Origin: a virus
IMG/VR virus record: IMGVR_UViG_3300047557_001498
Span: 1-64,000 of that record
Reading direction: 5' to 3' (one strand)
DNA length: 64,000 nt
The position numbers and the translations under genes are program-made. Numbering within the stretch: the first letter of the stretch is position 1; every line of letters starts with the position of its first letter. The notes under the pieces are model-generated. The model saw nothing but the letters and a program-made list of their open reading frames with translations, did no database searches and had not been told where the DNA came from. This document shows positions 59,010 through 64,000 of this stretch, in pieces.

Positions 59010-59052
59010 AATTTCTCTCGGTTATGAAAAACATTTACTATAAATATACAAA

Positions 59053-59559
59053 TCATTTTTTATCTGTTGAACCAAATCCACCATCGCCTCTATTACTATC
59101 AGACAGTTCTCGAACTTCTTCAAAATGAACGGTTGGGTATGGAATGATTATCAACTGAGCAATTTTATCGCCAACTTTTGGAACATTGTTTATCCATTCT
59201 TCATCAAATGGAAAACTTGGATATTCAAATCTAGCAAGAATTTCACCACGATAATTTGAATCAATAACTCCAACTGAATTTTTTAATGATACACCCGATA
59301 GTGCCTTTGTTATTGAGCTTCTTGGAAAAAGAAGTCCAACATAACCACTTGGAATTTCTACGGCAATACCTGTTCCATATTCCATGAATGTTTTATCCTT
59401 TCTCAATGATGTTGCAGTTAAATCCAAACCAGCATCACCATCTTGTGCATATCGTGGTGTTACTGCTTCAGGTACTAATTTACGAAATTTTACAGTTAAA
59501 TCCAAATTATTTTTGTAATTTAATTTGTAATTGGGAAACCATTTGCCAACCAAACTCAT
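59053..59559 (-). CDS. dut: trimeric dUTPase
   Basis: AGLDL, PRSS, GVIDSNYRGEI, IAQLI, RG.GGFGST. Confidence 0.95.
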   Translation of the reverse strand: MSLVGKWFPNYKLNYKNNLDLTVKFRKLVPEAVTPRYAQDGDAGLDLTATSLRKDKTFMEYGTGIAVEIPSGYVGLLFPRSSITKALSGVSLKNSVGVIDSNYRGEILARFEYPSFPFDEEWINNVPKVGDKIAQLIIIPYPTVHFEEVRELSDSNRGDGGFGSTDKK

Positions 59560-59560
59560 T

Positions 59561-60310
59561 TTAACCTCCTACATTCCAAAATAATGCATCATCCGATGCG
59601 TGTTCTCTAATAAATGACCAAACTTTTGAATCGTAATAATCCGAAGATGGAAACGGTGGTTTCTCTGCGGGTTTACATTTTTGTGTGAATTTATACTTTG
59701 ATACGAAGATTTCTGCCCTACCTCTCTCTCTATCGGTAGTATTGTGACCAACTCTAACACCATATATTTTTGCATCTGGCCATGCCTTCTGTAATCCCCT
59801 TGACAGAACACCTGAACTTATACATGACCAAACTTCTTTTGGTTGTATTGGAAGTGAACTCGCAATTCTAGCAACTTCATCAATAACAACAGGATGGTCA
59901 AGACCAAATGGTAATAATTGTGAACCGGGAGTTTCTACTGCATATTTTTTAGCAACGTGTTGAATGTGTGTAAGAAATCCCATAGGAACTTCTATAATGT
60001 TTGCACCAATAGAAATTGCTTCTTTGGTTAGTGGTAGATGTTTTCCTTTCGGAATGATAACTGTTGCCTTCAATCCCAAATCTCTACAAGCATAAGCAAG
60101 TGCAACTTGAGCATAGCCAACTCTCGGTGAAGCATAAACCCATTCCCTTACATGAGATTGTGATTGAAGATAACGATATAAAAATCTTCTCTTTGTTCCA
60201 CCAGGAAGTAAGTCATCACGAACTACCCAAATGTTTTCATGTTTTTCAATAACAACATCTGGTAAAGTTACCGTAACATCTTTCGTTGGATATTGAAAGA
60301 AGTCTGACAT
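59561..60310 (-). CDS. PLP-dependent enzyme, fold type II
   Basis: VVRDDLLPGGTKRR, ALAYAC..LG.K, SSGVL. Confidence 0.75.
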   Translation of the reverse strand: MSDFFQYPTKDVTVTLPDVVIEKHENIWVVRDDLLPGGTKRRFLYRYLQSQSHVREWVYASPRVGYAQVALAYACRDLGLKATVIIPKGKHLPLTKEAISIGANIIEVPMGFLTHIQHVAKKYAVETPGSQLLPFGLDHPVVIDEVARIASSLPIQPKEVWSCISSGVLSRGLQKAWPDAKIYGVRVGHNTTDRERGRAEIFVSKYKFTQKCKPAEKPPFPSSDYYDSKVWSFIREHASDDALFWNVGG

Positions 60311-60318
60311 AAATAACC

Positions 60319-60576
60319 TTACAAACTAGTGATAATTTCTTCGTAGTATTTTAATCCATGTAACCCTACAATCCTTTGAACTTCTTCTCCGTTTTTTTCA
60401 AATATTACGGTTGGAACCCCTCTAACGCCAATTTTTGATGCAGCTTCTGGATTTTCATCAACATCTATTATTTGGTAATTAGTATTTGGATATTTGTTCA
60501 CCAAGTCTCTCATAATAGGAGACAGTTGTTTACATGGTTGGCACCATGTTGCTGTGAAGTGTTTAATTTTAATCAT
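60319..60576 (-). CDS. trxA: thioredoxin
   Basis: WCQPC, IDVDE.P, VPT. Confidence 0.92.
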   Translation of the reverse strand: MIKIKHFTATWCQPCKQLSPIMRDLVNKYPNTNYQIIDVDENPEAASKIGVRGVPTVIFEKNGEEVQRIVGLHGLKYYEEIITSL

Positions 60577-60610
60577 AACTCATTTTAATTGTTTGTTCAA
60601 AAACTTATGT

Positions 60611-60642
60611 CAAATATACATATTTTTCAAATACCAAGCAAG
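60611..60642 (-). promoter_or_regulatory. variant promoter before thioredoxin and the replication genes
   Basis: Minus strand CTTG-N20-TATATTTG. Confidence 0.55.
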
Positions 60643-60649
60643 CAATTTA

Positions 60650-63475
60650 TTAAATAGATAGTCTGACATCGAATAATAATTCTCGTTCCATTGTCTTTTT
60701 CAAAGGTTTACTTAATTTGCCAACCGCAACTAGATTTTCATTATCGTCATACAGTCCGATAGTTGTTACATAAGTTACAGGTTCTATGTAAAAGTTTTTA
60801 ACCTTTAATCTACCTTTTCCATCTGAAGAATGTGCAAATGTTGGATTGTTTGAATAGTTGGCATGATGTGCCGGTACTCGTATGAAATAATGTGTAACCG
60901 TATCTTTAAAAGTATTTCTACTGAAAAACGAATATCCATCTTGCATTGCATTATTTATAGAATCAAATAATATCAATTCATTTTTAGCATCAACATTACT
61001 ATCAGTATCTATATTAAAGTTTAATTCTGTTACGAATTTATTTGCATCGAATATGATAATGCCCATGTTTGGATATATCTTACCGTAAGTAGTATATGTT
61101 GTATTAGTATCTGAATTACTTGCACCCGATGAATGAAATCCAGATAACAAACTTCCACTAACTAAATCGAATGAATAGTATGGGGATTCATCGAAATACT
61201 TTGTATTCGTTGGATCCTGTGATGTATCTATTAAAGTTATTATATTAGATGGATTTGAAATATCCGATAAACTTATTTGTAAATTACCCGCGTCAATTCT
61301 ATCTTTCATTGAATCTTTATCGAATTTCATAATGTATATGTGTTCTGATTCCGGAGATAAAATACCATTTGAGTAAAAAGAAAATGGAGATACATCATCG
61401 TTTGTAAATAATTTATATTGTGAATAATTTATCTTTGATGTAGTATCTTTGTCTCTTTCACCAACCTTTAATGATCCTGATCCAGATACGTGGGCATACA
61501 ATAACGAAAATTGTTTTATATCATTTTCATCGGTTATATCTGTATAGTATTTTTTAGTATCATCATTTTGTATAGAACTTGTATACATTATACTCATCGA
61601 TGGACTATTATTGAATGCACCATTAGTTTCTATAATATTTAAACCATTCAACATATCTTTTTCAAAAGACATCTTATGCAATACGGCAGGTTTAGTCATA
61701 TCGTGACAATTTGTTCTATCAATATGTCTTATTTCCAATCTAGTTGGAACTGAATTTGGTGGTACTATTCTATTTTCATAATAATAATTCCCATCATCAG
61801 GACAGACGGTGTATATGGTATCTGTATGTAGGACATCACATTCATTTGGATCATTTGGATCAATGTATGGGGGATTCTGAACAGATACTTCTATGCATTC
61901 ACACGTCTTATCTATGGAATTTCTTATTATATTTTCCCATTCCACTATAACTTGAGAAGAAGAAACTATCTTGTATTCATATTTTATTGTCCTTGATCCA
62001 TAAACCAATCCATCATCACCAACTCTACCATCGAAACATTCTTTACTTGATGTATGTTCGTAGTGAATTAGTGCATCATATGTTGCGGGTAAACCTTGAT
62101 AACATGGTCTTCCTGGTATTGGATAAAATTTAGATGTATCTTTTGATATTAAAGTATAAACATCTAAATCATTTCTTCTTCTAACATCTGTAACAACAAA
62201 TGGCAATTTAGTACAATCATCACTTGGTAATTTTTGAACACAATTTGTTTTACCACGGCAAATGTTTTCATACCCATCGTCATCCAGTCTTGTGCTAACC
62301 CTCAACCATTTTGCAGCCCTTGGCATATAATAACCCTCTGCAAAATCAGATTGTAATGGGAAACCATCAACTTCAAGTGCTAACATTACTCCATCATAAT
62401 AATCCTTCCCATCATCTAATCTAGGATTGGTTGGATCAACACTAACATTATCGAATCTGTAACCTACCCATGTTTTCCATATAGTTTGCCATATAATATT
62501 TTGTGTTATAGGATTATCATGTGTCTCTGTTCCACCATTTTGATTTACACGAATTTCATTTGAATCTAATGTGAAACCGTCCCATGTAACCATTTCTCCA
62601 AAATTATTTACAGAAAACTCACCTGCCTCAGGAACAACACCCCTTCCCTTCGGCACAGTCCCTCTTTTTACAAGTGGAACCATTTTTTTATACAATGGAG
62701 CTTCCGATAAAGTTGGTGGTTCTATTAAATCAAAAGTTATTGGACTTTCTAAATTAACATCTTGTGGTTGTGGTCTTTCTTGTTTTAATCGTGTTGTTAA
62801 ATCAACATCATTGCCGGTTGTGTTTGACTTTTGTTTAAAGTCTAAACCGGAAAGTGATTCTATTTCTTCTACTGAAAATTTGTAATACCAACTGATTTGA
62901 TTTCTATTTGATGGTAAAGTTCTAGCTGTATTTGAAAACGGAAGAAACGGAGAAGTTATTATCTGTGGTGATGATGTGGATGAACAATCATCTATACTAT
63001 ACTCTAACTGTCCGGATGCAAGTAATACATCACTTTTAATTATACCAGACATAACTTCTTCTATCGGTGTCTGTCCAATAGAATTTATTACAACCTTTCT
63101 TTTTAAATACAAATAAATGTCTGCTACCAAATCCCATCTTCCAGGTATGGTATTTCCAGCAATTATTGTATTCAATCTTATATTATTATCATCGTATATT
63201 GGAACGAGTCTTATATCACGAATAGCATATGCAATGGATCCATCCTCAAACTCACCCTTTTCTCCGAGTAAGTTTCTGATTTGCATTTCACCATCTTTTA
63301 CATATTCCGGTAAAATACCACCTTCGGAAGACGGCTTAAAATATAAACGCCAATCCGTTAATTTATTACGAGTTCCATCCTCGTTTAAAATTGGACTATA
63401 TCTTGCTTCATCTTCCGGAACTTGTATGTTTGTGCGTGGTATTCCACCTAATTTATTTCCGTAGGTAAGTCTCAT
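60650..63475 (-). CDS. third paralogous structural protein with a large Cys-rich N-terminal region
   Basis: Shares GSGS, KD.ID.GN.Q.SL, YGK.YP..GII and YVTTIGLYD..LVAVGKLSKP with the genes at 25761 and 28244. Confidence 0.75.
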   Translation of the reverse strand: MRLTYGNKLGGIPRTNIQVPEDEARYSPILNEDGTRNKLTDWRLYFKPSSEGGILPEYVKDGEMQIRNLLGEKGEFEDGSIAYAIRDIRLVPIYDDNNIRLNTIIAGNTIPGRWDLVADIYLYLKRKVVINSIGQTPIEEVMSGIIKSDVLLASGQLEYSIDDCSSTSSPQIITSPFLPFSNTARTLPSNRNQISWYYKFSVEEIESLSGLDFKQKSNTTGNDVDLTTRLKQERPQPQDVNLESPITFDLIEPPTLSEAPLYKKMVPLVKRGTVPKGRGVVPEAGEFSVNNFGEMVTWDGFTLDSNEIRVNQNGGTETHDNPITQNIIWQTIWKTWVGYRFDNVSVDPTNPRLDDGKDYYDGVMLALEVDGFPLQSDFAEGYYMPRAAKWLRVSTRLDDDGYENICRGKTNCVQKLPSDDCTKLPFVVTDVRRRNDLDVYTLISKDTSKFYPIPGRPCYQGLPATYDALIHYEHTSSKECFDGRVGDDGLVYGSRTIKYEYKIVSSSQVIVEWENIIRNSIDKTCECIEVSVQNPPYIDPNDPNECDVLHTDTIYTVCPDDGNYYYENRIVPPNSVPTRLEIRHIDRTNCHDMTKPAVLHKMSFEKDMLNGLNIIETNGAFNNSPSMSIMYTSSIQNDDTKKYYTDITDENDIKQFSLLYAHVSGSGSLKVGERDKDTTSKINYSQYKLFTNDDVSPFSFYSNGILSPESEHIYIMKFDKDSMKDRIDAGNLQISLSDISNPSNIITLIDTSQDPTNTKYFDESPYYSFDLVSGSLLSGFHSSGASNSDTNTTYTTYGKIYPNMGIIIFDANKFVTELNFNIDTDSNVDAKNELILFDSINNAMQDGYSFFSRNTFKDTVTHYFIRVPAHHANYSNNPTFAHSSDGKGRLKVKNFYIEPVTYVTTIGLYDDNENLVAVGKLSKPLKKTMERELLFDVRLSI

Positions 63476-63494
63476 TATTTATTTTACTTTTATA

Positions 63495-63872
63495 TTAGAA
63501 ACAACTTGTTAATAGTGCCAACTCTTTATTATTGAATTTATTTTTTGCATATAAAAGAAGTGCAATTTTAATTGATTCGGTATATTTAGTCAAGTGTTGT
63601 GCATCAACTACTAACAATGCATCTTCTTCAAATTTTTCATATTGTTTATGAATATCTTTTATTGAGTTTAATATGGCAGTATATTGTTTTTGATCTACCA
63701 ATTTTGATAATTCAATTAAAGCAGATACCACATCGCCTTTTTCTGCGCAAAATTCTTTCATTTTTTTAACAGCGTTTTCTACTTTTGTATCAACACCGTC
63801 AGTTTCTTCTTTAATGATACCGAGTAATTTTTCCGCATCTTTCATTAACTTAACTCTTGATGAAATGTTCAT
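63495..63872 (-). CDS. hypothetical protein
   Basis: GGAGG SD; 125 aa. Confidence 0.7.
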   Translation of the reverse strand: MNISSRVKLMKDAEKLLGIIKEETDGVDTKVENAVKKMKEFCAEKGDVVSALIELSKLVDQKQYTAILNSIKDIHKQYEKFEEDALLVVDAQHLTKYTESIKIALLLYAKNKFNNKELALLTSCF

Positions 63873-64000
63873 CTTTTCCTCCGGTTATTTACGGGATAAT
63901 AAAAAATAAAGTCCAAAAAATAACAGCGCTACCGAGTAAAATATAATATCGGTAACGATGTAACTCCCTGTAAGTTTTGTCACTAAAGCAAAAGCCGCAT

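Noticed and set aside
33868-59046. T4-type late promoter TATAAATA on the + strand
   Set aside because: Where it occurs the downstream genes are on the minus strand, so the sense motif is TATTTAT(A).

Overview
This AT-rich 64-kb window is part of a large (probably jumbo) tailed-phage genome with T4-like replication genes, read in the standard code. Positions 1-25.7 kb are transcribed on + and 25.76-64 kb on -, meeting at a bidirectional terminator. The + arm holds many small early genes (ArdA-like protein, DUF262 protein, M15 peptidase), two tRNA-Leu genes, a tRNA-like RNA with a remodelled anticodon arm, an HNH nuclease, a holin-like/CHAP pair, an outer-membrane protein, a sugar-modification cluster, groES-groEL and a run of proteins sharing an N-terminal MIKLxxIL.E motif. 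The - arm holds paralogous structural genes (two with RCC1 repeats), a GH19 lysin, a T9SS-cargo pair, many glycosyltransferases and the replication/DNA-modification module (clamp loader, clamp, family B polymerase, three SPPY methyltransferases, an alpha-glucosyltransferase-like protein, dUTPase, a PLP enzyme, thioredoxin). Bacteroidota-type promoters (TTTG-N19-TATATTTG) combined with strong Shine-Dalgarno sites suggest an FCB-group host. The top candidate for a new system is the DNA polymerase. It is split into two genes around a glycosyltransferase, and the new termini look like a splicing-dead remnant of a split intein that may act as a non-covalent clasp. Other highlights are a twice-repeated upstream module (two 25-bp palindromes, a Fur-box-like site and a promoter) and the anticodon-less tRNA-like RNA. 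All family assignments come from motif recognition by eye; no database search was run.
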